A stretch of DNA of 64,000 nt from an uncultured Actinomycetes bacterium. GTDB lineage: Bacteria; Actinomycetota; Acidimicrobiia; IMCC26256; DASPTH01. The translations under genes were made by a program, and so were the position numbers. Shown in pieces: positions 48,700 through 57,408 of the stretch (position 1 is the stretch's first letter; every line of letters starts with the position of its first letter). Location of the stretch: NCBI GenBank assembly GCA_963775795.1, contig CAVZKC010000004.1:1683757-1747756 (forward strand), given 5' to 3'. The notes under the pieces were generated by a model. The model had not been told where the DNA came from. It saw only the letters and a program-made list of their open reading frames with translations, and did not search any database.

Positions 48700-49628
48700 C
48701 GCCGATCGCGCTGGCGGCCGCGCTCGCGACGGGACTGGGTGCCGCGGGGGTGGTCGGCGTGGTCGTGCCACCAACTGCTCGACTCGGGCCCCGCCTGCGT
48801 CCCTATCTCGTCAATGAGGGTGCACGAACCACGCCCGATGCGGTCGTCCGTGCCCTGGTCGATCACGACGGGCAACATCCCGTCCGCCGGATGCTCGCTC
48901 CTCCACTCCGTGCGATGGTCCGTGCCTTGGCGCGCGTCGCCGAACGCCGGAGCGACGACTCGGTCCGTTCAACGCTGGCGCACGCCGGGCTGCCCGATGT
49001 CACTCCCGAGGAGTACCGCAGCCGTCTCGCGCTCGAGATCCTGCTGTTCGGGGGAGGGGGAGCTGTCCTCGGCGCGGCGGCTGCCCGCTCGACCCCGGCG
49101 ACGCTGGTGCTCCTGTGCTGTGGTGCGTTCCTCGGTGCGACTCGGACGCGCTCCCGGCTAGATCGGGCGATTGCGCAGCGTCGAGAGCGGATCCGCCTCG
49201 AGCTTGCCACGGTGAATCTCCTGCTGGCCATGCATATCCGGGCCGGCTCCGGCACCATCCAGGCCACGCAGCGAATCGTCGATCGTGGTCGAGGACTGGT
49301 GGTAGAAGAGCTGTCCGCCGTGCTGCGAGCGGTGCGCGCCGGCACGCCCGAACCGGACGCCTTCCGCCGGGCGGCCGATCTCACGCCCGAGGCCAGCGCG
49401 GCGCGCACCTACAACCTCGTCGCGGCGGGCTCGGAACGAGGTGTCGACCTCGCGTCGGGACTGCGGGCGCTGACCGAGGACCTGCGCGACTCACGCCGGG
49501 AGGAGATCCGACGGACGGCCACGGCGCGGCGCGCCGCGATGCTCGTACCCACGATCGCGGTGCTCGCCCCCGTGATGCTGCTGTTCGTGGCCGCGCCCCT
49601 GCCCTCCATCGTGTTCGGCGGCCAGTGA
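48696..49628 (+). CDS. tadC: TadC (type II secretion system F family) membrane protein
   Basis: ATGA overlap with tadB; T2SSF-like. Confidence 0.8.
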   Translation: MTPIALAAALATGLGAAGVVGVVVPPTARLGPRLRPYLVNEGARTTPDAVVRALVDHDGQHPVRRMLAPPLRAMVRALARVAERRSDDSVRSTLAHAGLPDVTPEEYRSRLALEILLFGGGGAVLGAAAARSTPATLVLLCCGAFLGATRTRSRLDRAIAQRRERIRLELATVNLLLAMHIRAGSGTIQATQRIVDRGRGLVVEELSAVLRAVRAGTPEPDAFRRAADLTPEASAARTYNLVAAGSERGVDLASGLRALTEDLRDSRREEIRRTATARRAAMLVPTIAVLAPVMLLFVAAPLPSIVFGGQ

Positions 49629-49698
49629 TCCGTGGAATCCGCCGTGCCCGTACAGACCCGCGCCGCCGTTGTGCCGGCCCAACCAAGGAGCAACGCCA

Positions 49699-49884
49699 GT
49701 GACGCATGTGCTCTCCCTCTACCGGCGGTTCCGTCACCGCTGCGACGACGACTCCGGGATGACGACCGCAGAGCTGCTCGGCAACGCGGCCCTCGGCATC
49801 GCCGCACTGGTCGCGATCTGGGCGGTGCTCCAGACGCTCGGCCTCGACATCGTGGACTGGATCCGCGGCCAACTCCAGATGTGA
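49699..49884 (+). CDS. flp: Flp-family type IVb prepilin
   Basis: AAGGAG RBS + GTG; DDDSG|MTTAELLGNAALGIAALVAIWAV matches the Flp processing motif G|xxxxE[YL] plus hydrophobic helix. Confidence 0.7.
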   Translation: MTHVLSLYRRFRHRCDDDSGMTTAELLGNAALGIAALVAIWAVLQTLGLDIVDWIRGQLQM

Positions 49885-49922
49885 GGGATCCCGTGGTGGC
49901 GTCGCGCGGGGGCGAATGTGCC

Positions 49923-50285
49923 ATGACGACCGTCCAATTCGTGCTCGCGACTGCCCTCTCGCTGGTCGTGTTCGTCGCGATGGCCAATGTCGTCGTGGAT
50001 CTCTATGCGCGGGGCGTCGTTCGTGCGGCGCTCGACGAGGGGGTGCGGGCCGGCGCGCCGTTCGACGCCACCGCCGGTAACTGCGCGGCTCGGACCCGCG
50101 AGGTGGTGCGAGGTCTCCTCGGCGGGCAACTCCGGCGAGGGGTGCGAGTCTCATGCGCCTTGTCTGCCGCGGGCGAAGCGGTGGAGGCCCGCGCGGACGT
50201 CGTGCTCGGGAGCTGGCTCCCGGGCGTGGTGCCGGACTGGTCTTTCACGCTGACGGGCCGGGCCACGAAGGAACGGGAACCGTGA
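49923..50285 (+). CDS. tadE: TadE-like pseudopilin
   Basis: N-terminal TM MTTVQFVLATALSLVVFVAMANVVVD, TadE family pattern. Confidence 0.7.
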   Translation: MTTVQFVLATALSLVVFVAMANVVVDLYARGVVRAALDEGVRAGAPFDATAGNCAARTREVVRGLLGGQLRRGVRVSCALSAAGEAVEARADVVLGSWLPGVVPDWSFTLTGRATKEREP

Positions 50286-50704
50286 AGCCCGCGAGGTTCG
50301 GTGAGGCGGGGCTCGTGAGCACGGAGCTGGCGCTCGGTGTGGGACTGCTCGTCGTGCCCGTCGCCTTGCTCGTGCTCACCATGCCAGGGTGGTTCGACCG
50401 GCAGATGGCTGCCCGCTCGATCGCCCGCGAGACGGCGCGCACGGTCGTGCTCCACGGGCGTTGCTCGCAGCAGGTGGCCGACCGACTCGCGGAAGAGATG
50501 GCACCCAACTACGGGCTTGGCCCCGCCGACGTGCGGGTGCGTCTCCGGTGCGCGGGCGACCCGCTCCCGGCGGGCAGCGAGCTCGAAGCCGACGTGTCGG
50601 TGGTCATGCCCGCGGTCGAGATCCCTGGCATCGGGGCGGTCAGGGCGTGGGCGTGGACAGCCCGGCATCGCGAGCCGGTTGATCGCTACGGGAGCCAGCC
50701 GTGA
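50282..50704 (+). CDS. TadE/TadF-like pseudopilin (second copy)
   Basis: GTGA overlap; ELALGVGLLVVPVALLVL N-terminal helix. Confidence 0.65.
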   Translation: MKPARFGEAGLVSTELALGVGLLVVPVALLVLTMPGWFDRQMAARSIARETARTVVLHGRCSQQVADRLAEEMAPNYGLGPADVRVRLRCAGDPLPAGSELEADVSVVMPAVEIPGIGAVRAWAWTARHREPVDRYGSQP

Positions 50705-51126
50705 GGACGGCCGAGGGTACCGGGGAGCGGGGCACGATCACGGTGTGGCTCCTCGGCCTGTGCCTGATGCTGCTCGGACTGGGGGGCATCAGTCTCGATC
50801 TCTGGCGCTCGTTCTCCGAACGGCGCGCTCTTGCCGCGGCGGCCGACGCGTCGGCGTTGGCAGGTGCATCGGCGCTGGACGAGGACGATTACCGATCGTC
50901 GGGTGCGCTCGTGCTCGTTCCTGAGGAGGCCGAGCAGCGTGCTCGCGCCGGCCTGGCGAGCCAGCTCGACCGTGCGTCGCTCCAGGGGGCGGAGGTCCGG
51001 GCCTCGCCGAGCTCGGTGACCGTGGTCGCGCGGGGCCAAGTGGGCGTCACGCTCCTCTCCCTGTTCGGCGCCGGCGATCTCGACGTTCGCGTGACTGCGA
51101 CCGCCGTGCCGCGGAGGTCACCGTGA
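50701..51126 (+). CDS. TadG-like putative pilus assembly protein
   Basis: GSVAVWLLG-type N-terminus (TITVWLLGLCLMLLGLGGISLD) and AADASALAGA motif typical of the TadG N-terminal domain. Confidence 0.6.
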   Translation: MRTAEGTGERGTITVWLLGLCLMLLGLGGISLDLWRSFSERRALAAAADASALAGASALDEDDYRSSGALVLVPEEAEQRARAGLASQLDRASLQGAEVRASPSSVTVVARGQVGVTLLSLFGAGDLDVRVTATAVPRRSP

Positions 51127-52166
51127 GGCAGATACGCCGTTCGAGAGTGCTCGCCGGCGCGGTGACCGGGTTGGTACTGGCGGCGCTGGTCCTCGCCGGC
51201 CCCGCGGTGCCGGCCGTCCGCGCGAACGGGATACGGGCCCAGGCGACGGGGGGTGCAGAGCTGTCGCCCGACGCCGTCCGCGCCACCGCTCGCGACCTCG
51301 GGGCGGGCCGGTTCCCGAATGTTGGCCTGCCCACGCGCCGGCCGGCACCGGAATCGCCGTTCGTGTGGGAATCGATCGCGACCGGCTGGACGTGCGCCGC
51401 GCTGACCGGTCCCGTTCCGCCGGAGCTCGCGGGCCATGTGCTCTCGGTCCGCCTGCTGCCGCTCACGGGCTCGGCGTTCCTCGGCGTGCCCGTCCAGCTC
51501 GACCAGATCCTGGGCGCTCCCGACGGCGCGATCGCGATCGACGATCCGGCACTGCTGCCCGCCGGGGTGGAGGGTCTCGGCGAGCTCGTCTTCGACGTGC
51601 TGAGCGCGCGCGCCGGCGGTGTGGCCCTGCTCCTCGCCCGGGAGTGCCGCAACCCCGGGTCGCCGGGGCCTCCCGCACCACCGACGGCGGCGGACGTGTG
51701 GCAGGAGGTGCCGCTCCCGCGAGCGGTCGTGCACGCGAGCCCGCCCGGCACCAGGGTGTGGCCGGGGATCACCGGATTGGAGTCGCACTTCTGGGGTGAC
51801 GAGCCCGCCCCCGCCACCGCCGCCGTCGAGATCCGCGGCTTCGCCGTGATCGCGACCGCGCGCCCGATCGGGTACGGCTGGGGGTGGCCGGACGGCACGT
51901 GGGCAGCTGCCGACCCGGGTCGGCCCGAGGCACCGGTGCGGGTGACGTTCCGCCGCCGCGGCGACCCGTCGGTGCGGCTCTCGGTGGTGTGGGAGGGCGC
52001 GGCGCTGGTGGGGATTCCCGGCGGTGGGGGCGCGTTCGGCGCGATGGACCTCGGGACCGTCACCCTCTCGGTGTCGGTGCCGTACCACGTCGCTGAGGTG
52101 CGCGCGCTCTTGCGTTCGAGCCGCATCGATCTCGACGACGAAGAAACTCGCGCGCAACCACGCTGA
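51123..52166 (+). CDS. Secreted hypothetical protein, last gene of the tad operon
   Basis: Signal peptide; GTGA overlap with the preceding gene. Confidence 0.5.
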   Translation: MRQIRRSRVLAGAVTGLVLAALVLAGPAVPAVRANGIRAQATGGAELSPDAVRATARDLGAGRFPNVGLPTRRPAPESPFVWESIATGWTCAALTGPVPPELAGHVLSVRLLPLTGSAFLGVPVQLDQILGAPDGAIAIDDPALLPAGVEGLGELVFDVLSARAGGVALLLARECRNPGSPGPPAPPTAADVWQEVPLPRAVVHASPPGTRVWPGITGLESHFWGDEPAPATAAVEIRGFAVIATARPIGYGWGWPDGTWAAADPGRPEAPVRVTFRRRGDPSVRLSVVWEGAALVGIPGGGGAFGAMDLGTVTLSVSVPYHVAEVRALLRSSRIDLDDEETRAQPR

Positions 52167-52441
52167 GTGCTTCCAATTTGCTCCGACATCGGTTAGAAAC
52201 AAGCCCAGCGAAGCGAGAGGCCACCGCTCGTGGTCTCGAGGGCCCTCTTCGAGAGCAGATCTCCGAGACTGGTCTTCGATCGAGCCGGTGTCACGGCCTG
52301 TGGGCGGGCCACCGAGTTGCACACCCTCGGTGATGCGCGCGCCCCGAGCCGGCCTCGTCCCCGCTCACCCAGCGCTGCCCCCACTTCCTGGAACCACGTT
52401 CCGGGGCCTGGATGCTCGCGCCTCCACACCATGAGGGACCG

Positions 52442-52822
52442 ATGACTTCGCACAAGCACCTGCTCGTCCTCGCGTTCGTCGCGTTTGCGTTGGCGCTGCT
52501 GCCCGTCACGCCCGCGACGGCGAGCGTTGCCGCCGGCGGGAGTGAACACTCCCAGTGCAAACCCCCGGGTGACTACGGCGGGTGCACCACGACGCAGAAC
52601 GACGAGAAGACGTGGGGGGGCTACGAGAAGCCGTGCCCGCCGCCGTCGACGACGACCACCACCACCAGCACAACGACTACGACGACGACGAGCACCACTA
52701 CCACGACCCAGCCGCCGCACGTCGAGCCGCCATCCCATCCGGTCAGCCCCCCAGGCGGCTTCGTGGTGGTGCGCGCGCAGGCACCACCACCAGTGACGGT
52801 TCAACCGCGAACCGCCGGCTGA
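52442..52822 (+). CDS. Small secreted Thr/Pro-rich protein (poly-Thr tract)
   Basis: GAGGGACCG RBS; signal peptide LLVLAFVAFALALLPVTPATA; CPPPSTTTTTTSTTTTTTTSTTTTTQPP tract; conserved Cys pairs. Confidence 0.65.
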   Translation: MTSHKHLLVLAFVAFALALLPVTPATASVAAGGSEHSQCKPPGDYGGCTTTQNDEKTWGGYEKPCPPPSTTTTTTSTTTTTTTSTTTTTQPPHVEPPSHPVSPPGGFVVVRAQAPPPVTVQPRTAG

Positions 52823-52876
52823 CGGGCGACCGCGTCCCTGATCCGGCGTCGACTCGGCGGTAGCGTCGGCGGCTCG

Positions 52877-54262
52877 ATGGCCGCCGACGTCAAGACACCC
52901 CCGGGGCCGCTCGCCGCAGCGACACAGGATCGGGAGCGCAGGTTCTGGCGCGTCCTCCTGCTCATCGTCCTGGCCGCGCTGGCGGTGCGGGTTGGGTACG
53001 TGGTCGTGGCCAAGCGCCACGAGCCGGCCCTCGGCGACCAGATCTACTACCGGGCCCAGGCGAACACCCTGGCCCGCGGGGAGGGTTTCACCGACCCGCG
53101 CGACGGGAGCCAGACCGCCGAGCACCCTCCCCTCACTGCGCTCGCGCTGACCCCCACGTCGTGGGTCATGGAGCGCTTCGACGAGGGGGGCGACCACCTC
53201 CTCGCGCAACGGCTCACGATGACCGTGTTCGGCGCGGCCGTTGTGCTCGTCATCGGCCTGATCGGGCGGGCCGTCGCGGGGGACCGCGCCGGCTTGCTCG
53301 CAGCCGGCCTGGCGGCCATCGCACCCAACTTGTGGGTCAACGACGCCCTCGTGATGTCGGAGACGTTGGCCGCGCTGGCGGTGGCCCTCGCGATCCTGTT
53401 CGCCTACCGGTTCGCCCGAGATCCCACGGTGGCCAACGCGGCCTTAGTGGGCGCCTGCATCGGCCTTGCGATGCTCGTGCGCGCGGAGCTCGGCCTGCTC
53501 CTTCCGCTCATGGTGCTGCCGATGGCCTGGTTCGCCCACCGACGGCGCGACGGCGAGCCCGGCGCCACCCGGGCGGGATTCGGCGTGGGAGGTGTGGCGA
53601 CTCGATTCCTCGTCGCGTGCCTGGCCGCGTTGCTGCTCGTGAGCCCGTGGGTCGTCGCCAACCTCGTCCGGTTCGACGAGCCGGTGTTCTTCTCCACCAA
53701 CGACGGGCTCACGCTCTGCGGGGCCAACCTCCACCGCACCTACTACGGCCAGGGGACTGGTCTCTGGGCACTCGACTGCGCCAACTTCCACACGCCGCCG
53801 GGCGACCGGTCCGTGGTCTCCAACGCGTTGCGCGACCGCGGCTTCGAGTTCATGGGCGACCACCTCGGCCGACTGCCAGCGGTGATGGGCGTGCGGGTCG
53901 CCCGGGTGTGGAGCCTGTACGCCCCCGGGTTCATGGCGACGTACAACCTGAATGAGGGCCGCGAGGAGTGGGTCTCGTGGCTCGGGTTCGTGAGCTTCTG
54001 GCTCACGGTCCCGTTCGCCGTCGCCGGGGGTGTGACGTTGCGCCGCCGCCGCGTCCCGCTCACGCCGCTCGTCGCACAGTTCATCGTCGTCACCCTCACC
54101 GCCGCCCTCATCTACGGGCTCGTGCGGTTCCGCGTGCCGGCCGAGGTGGCGCTTGTCGTGCTCGCCGCGGTTGCCCTCGACGACCTCCTCGACCGGCGAC
54201 GCACCCGGGCACCTGGTTCCGCGGAGGGGATGCCCGCCATGCGAGAGTGGCAGACCACATGA
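52877..54262 (+). CDS. Glycosyltransferase family 39 (PMT_2 / ArnT-like GT-C) membrane protein
   Basis: Multi-TM; GDQIYYRAQANTLARGEGF loop typical of PMT_2. Confidence 0.7.
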   Translation: MAADVKTPPGPLAAATQDRERRFWRVLLLIVLAALAVRVGYVVVAKRHEPALGDQIYYRAQANTLARGEGFTDPRDGSQTAEHPPLTALALTPTSWVMERFDEGGDHLLAQRLTMTVFGAAVVLVIGLIGRAVAGDRAGLLAAGLAAIAPNLWVNDALVMSETLAALAVALAILFAYRFARDPTVANAALVGACIGLAMLVRAELGLLLPLMVLPMAWFAHRRRDGEPGATRAGFGVGGVATRFLVACLAALLLVSPWVVANLVRFDEPVFFSTNDGLTLCGANLHRTYYGQGTGLWALDCANFHTPPGDRSVVSNALRDRGFEFMGDHLGRLPAVMGVRVARVWSLYAPGFMATYNLNEGREEWVSWLGFVSFWLTVPFAVAGGVTLRRRRVPLTPLVAQFIVVTLTAALIYGLVRFRVPAEVALVVLAAVALDDLLDRRRTRAPGSAEGMPAMREWQTT

Positions 54263-55926
54263 CGCACACGACGCACACATCGTCGACCGACCCGGAGGGA
54301 CCGGCGTCGACGGAGGACTCGGCCGGTATCCCGGCGCCGCCTCAGGGCCCGGCGGCGGCGGCGATCCTCGGCTCCCGGCTCGTCATCGGCGTCGGCATCG
54401 CCGTCGTGGTGGTGAGCACGGTGCTGCGGTTCGTCACCCGCTCGGACCTCTGGCTCGACGAGGCCCTCACCGTCAACATCGCGAAGCTGCCGCTCGGTGA
54501 CCTCCGCGAGGCGCTGCGCCACGACGGCGCGCCACCTCTCTATTACGTGCTGCTCCACGGCTGGATCGACCTCTTCGGCACGAGCGACGTCGCAGTGCGG
54601 GCACTCTCGGGCGTGCTGTCGGTCGCGACCCTGCCGCTCGCCTGGTTCGCCGGGCGGCGGCTCGGTCGGACCGGACCCCCCGGACCGGTGTGTGACGACC
54701 CGCCGGAGGTGCGCCTCGTCGCCGCCCTGGTGGTCGTGATCCTGGCCGCGTCGCCCTTCGCGATCCGCTACGCGACGGAAGCCCGGATGTACTCCCTCGT
54801 CATGCTGCTGGTGACCGGCGGCTACCTCTCCCTGCGCCGGGCGGCCGAGCGGCCCACGCTGGGGCGACTCGCCGTCGTCGCGCTGGTCGTGGCCGCCCTC
54901 CTCTACACCCAGTACTGGTGCATCTACCTGCTCGTGGTCGTCGGCGTCGGGGTCCTGTGGCGGGCGGTCCGCGCACCGACCGCCGACGCTCGCCACGCCG
55001 CGCGGGGGATCGTCGTGGCGATGGTCGCGGGGGTGATCGTGTTCGCGCCCTGGGTCGACACCTTCCTGTACCAGAACGGGCACACCGGCACGCCGTGGGG
55101 GGACGGGCGGGTTCCGTGGTCGGCGGCGGCGCAGGCGTTCGACCAGTTCGCCGGCGGGACGAGCGTCACCCACGGCGAATCCGCGGTGGCGGTCGTCCTG
55201 CTGTTGCTCCTCGTTCCGCTCGCCCTGTTCGGTCGGGCGGCGGGGCCCCGCCACGTCGACATCGACGTCCGCACCCGGCCGGCGGTTCGCACGGAGGCCC
55301 TCGTCGCGGGCGCCGCGCTTCTGCTCGGCCTCGTCGTCGCGTTCGTGACCGACGGCGCGTTCGACGGTCGGTACGCGTCGATGGTGTACCCGCTGCTCGT
55401 CCTCGTGGTCGCCTGGGCCTTCACGGCGTTCGCGGCCCGGGCGGTGCTCCTCGGGGTGCTGGCCGTCCTCATCGGATTCTCGTGGGCGGGCGCCGTGCGG
55501 AACGTCATCGACGACCGGACCCAGGCGGGGCAGGTCGCCGACGTGATCCTGGCCCGCGCCCGGCCCGGCGACGTCGTCGTCTACTGCGCTGACCAGCTCG
55601 GTCCGGCGGTCAGCCGACTGCTCGGCGACCGTGACCTCGTTCAGCTCACGTTCCCCCGGGGCGACCCGCCGGAGCTCGTCGACTGGGTCGACTACATCGA
55701 CCGGATCAACCGGACCGATCCGACCGCGTTCGGTCGGCGGGTCCTCGACGAGGCCAATGGTCACACCATCTGGTACGTGGCCGCGACCCGGTACAACATC
55801 GAGGGCAAGTGCGAGGCCGTCGGAGCGACCATCGGCGCGGAGCGCCGCGGTGCGGTGGCCCACGTGACTCCCGACGAGGACACGTTTTTCGAGCCGGACG
55901 GCCTCATCGAGTATCCGTCCTCATGA
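54259..55926 (+). CDS. Glycosyltransferase family 39 (PMT_2-like GT-C) membrane protein, second copy
   Basis: SDLWLDEALTVNIAKLP ... PPLYYVLLHGW is the classic PMT_2 N-terminal loop; ATGA overlap. Confidence 0.75.
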   Translation: MTHTTHTSSTDPEGPASTEDSAGIPAPPQGPAAAAILGSRLVIGVGIAVVVVSTVLRFVTRSDLWLDEALTVNIAKLPLGDLREALRHDGAPPLYYVLLHGWIDLFGTSDVAVRALSGVLSVATLPLAWFAGRRLGRTGPPGPVCDDPPEVRLVAALVVVILAASPFAIRYATEARMYSLVMLLVTGGYLSLRRAAERPTLGRLAVVALVVAALLYTQYWCIYLLVVVGVGVLWRAVRAPTADARHAARGIVVAMVAGVIVFAPWVDTFLYQNGHTGTPWGDGRVPWSAAAQAFDQFAGGTSVTHGESAVAVVLLLLLVPLALFGRAAGPRHVDIDVRTRPAVRTEALVAGAALLLGLVVAFVTDGAFDGRYASMVYPLLVLVVAWAFTAFAARAVLLGVLAVLIGFSWAGAVRNVIDDRTQAGQVADVILARARPGDVVVYCADQLGPAVSRLLGDRDLVQLTFPRGDPPELVDWVDYIDRINRTDPTAFGRRVLDEANGHTIWYVAATRYNIEGKCEAVGATIGAERRGAVAHVTPDEDTFFEPDGLIEYPSS

Positions 55927-57071
55927 GCGCGGCGCCGACGGGTGTCGTCGCCCGGGTGGGTTCGAACCCGTTCGTCCGCCGCGACCTCGCCACTGCCGTC
56001 GTGCCGTGGATCGTCGCGCGCGTCCTCGTCGTCGGCGCCCTCGCCCTCTCGCGCCTCCTCTACACCGAGATCGGCGCGCCTCCGCGCCCGATCCAGCTGG
56101 GCCAGGGTCTCTTCGCATGGGATGCCGCCTTCTACCGCGACATCGCCGAGCACGGGTACAGGGCGGTGGGAGAGGCCTCGTTGCGCTTCTTCCCCCTCGT
56201 GCCCCTGCTCGCCCGTGGCTTGGGGTGGCTGTTCCTCGGCCACCGAGACGTGGCGCTCATCGTCCTCGCGAACGCCTCGGCCCTCCTGTTCTGTGCGTGC
56301 TTGCACCGGCTCGTGCTGCTCGAGACCGATGACCCGGGCACCGCCCGACGCGCCGTCTGGTTCGGCGCGATCTTCCCGGCGGCCACGGTGCTCGTGCTCG
56401 GCTACGCGGAAGCCACCGCGATGCTGCTCTCCGTCCTGATGTTCCTGGCGCTCCGGACGAACCGCTTCGGCGCCGCCGCGGGTGCGGGACTCCTCGCCGG
56501 GCTGTGCCGTCCGGTGGGTGTGCTGCTCGTCGTACCCGCGGCGATCGAAGCCGCGCGGGGCTGGCGGTCGGCGCCGCCATCGGGACGCGTCGCCCGGATC
56601 GCCGCCGTCGTGAGCCCCGTGGCGGGCGCGGGGATCTATCTCGCGTGGGTGGGCCTCAAGTTCGACGACCCCTGGCTCCCGATTTCGCTCCAGAACCGCA
56701 ACACCCTCCGCGGGGGCTTCCAGGACCCGGTGACGCGGACGATCGACGCGTTCGGCGACCTGTTCGGCGGCGATCGATTCGGCAGCGGTCTCCACATCGT
56801 GTGGGCGATCGGATTCGCGGCGCTGCTGGTGGTGCTCGTCCGGCGTCTCCCCGCCTCCTACTCCGCGTACGCCGGCGTGACGCTGCTGCTCGGGCTGTCC
56901 GCCAGCAACCTGGACTCGTTCGAGCGGTACTGCATGAGCACCTTTCCCCTCCTGATCGCGCTCGCGGTCGTGACGCGCCGGGAAGACGTCGAACGCCCCG
57001 CCGTCGTCCTTGCCGGCGCCGGCCTCGTGGGGTACGCCGTCCTCGCGTTCCTCGGGGTCTCGGGGCCCTGA
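55923..57071 (+). CDS. PIG-V-like (GT76) mannosyltransferase-type membrane protein
   Basis: AWDAAFYRDIAEHGY ... LRFFPLVPLL resembles the PIG-V motif; multi-TM; ATGA overlap. Confidence 0.6.
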   Translation: MSAAPTGVVARVGSNPFVRRDLATAVVPWIVARVLVVGALALSRLLYTEIGAPPRPIQLGQGLFAWDAAFYRDIAEHGYRAVGEASLRFFPLVPLLARGLGWLFLGHRDVALIVLANASALLFCACLHRLVLLETDDPGTARRAVWFGAIFPAATVLVLGYAEATAMLLSVLMFLALRTNRFGAAAGAGLLAGLCRPVGVLLVVPAAIEAARGWRSAPPSGRVARIAAVVSPVAGAGIYLAWVGLKFDDPWLPISLQNRNTLRGGFQDPVTRTIDAFGDLFGGDRFGSGLHIVWAIGFAALLVVLVRRLPASYSAYAGVTLLLGLSASNLDSFERYCMSTFPLLIALAVVTRREDVERPAVVLAGAGLVGYAVLAFLGVSGP

Positions 57072-57075
57072 CCGG

Positions 57076-57240
57076 GAGCGAACGGCCGCGGGCCGGGTAT
57101 CCCGGCCCGCAGTGAGTGACCCATCCAAGTTGGAGCGAACGGCCGCGGGCCGGGTATCCCGGCCCGCAGTGAGTGACCCATCCAAGTTGGAGCGAACGGC
57201 CGCGGGCCGGGTATCCCGGCCCGCAGTGAGCGACCCATCA
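57076..57240. repeat. Three tandem copies of a 57-bp unit, each with an internal palindrome CGGGCCGGGTATCCCGGCCCG
   Basis: Units start at about 57076, 57133 and 57190; first two identical, third diverges at its 3' end. Confidence 0.85.
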
Positions 57241-57408
57241 GAGCAGGCCGACATCTCAGGATCGGACCCTCCGGACCCGTAGACTCCCGGAACGGCCAGC
57301 CTGCGCCTCCGCATCCCACGCCGTCCCACGCCGCCACGGTCCGCGGAGGTCGGCGCGGGCCCCGACTCAGCCGCCGATCCGGTACGACCGGAGACCTCCG
57401 GAGCTTCC

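Noticed and set aside
46489-48774. 761-aa minus-strand ORF across cpaF/tadB
   Set aside because: Antisense to genes with Walker motifs and operon coupling
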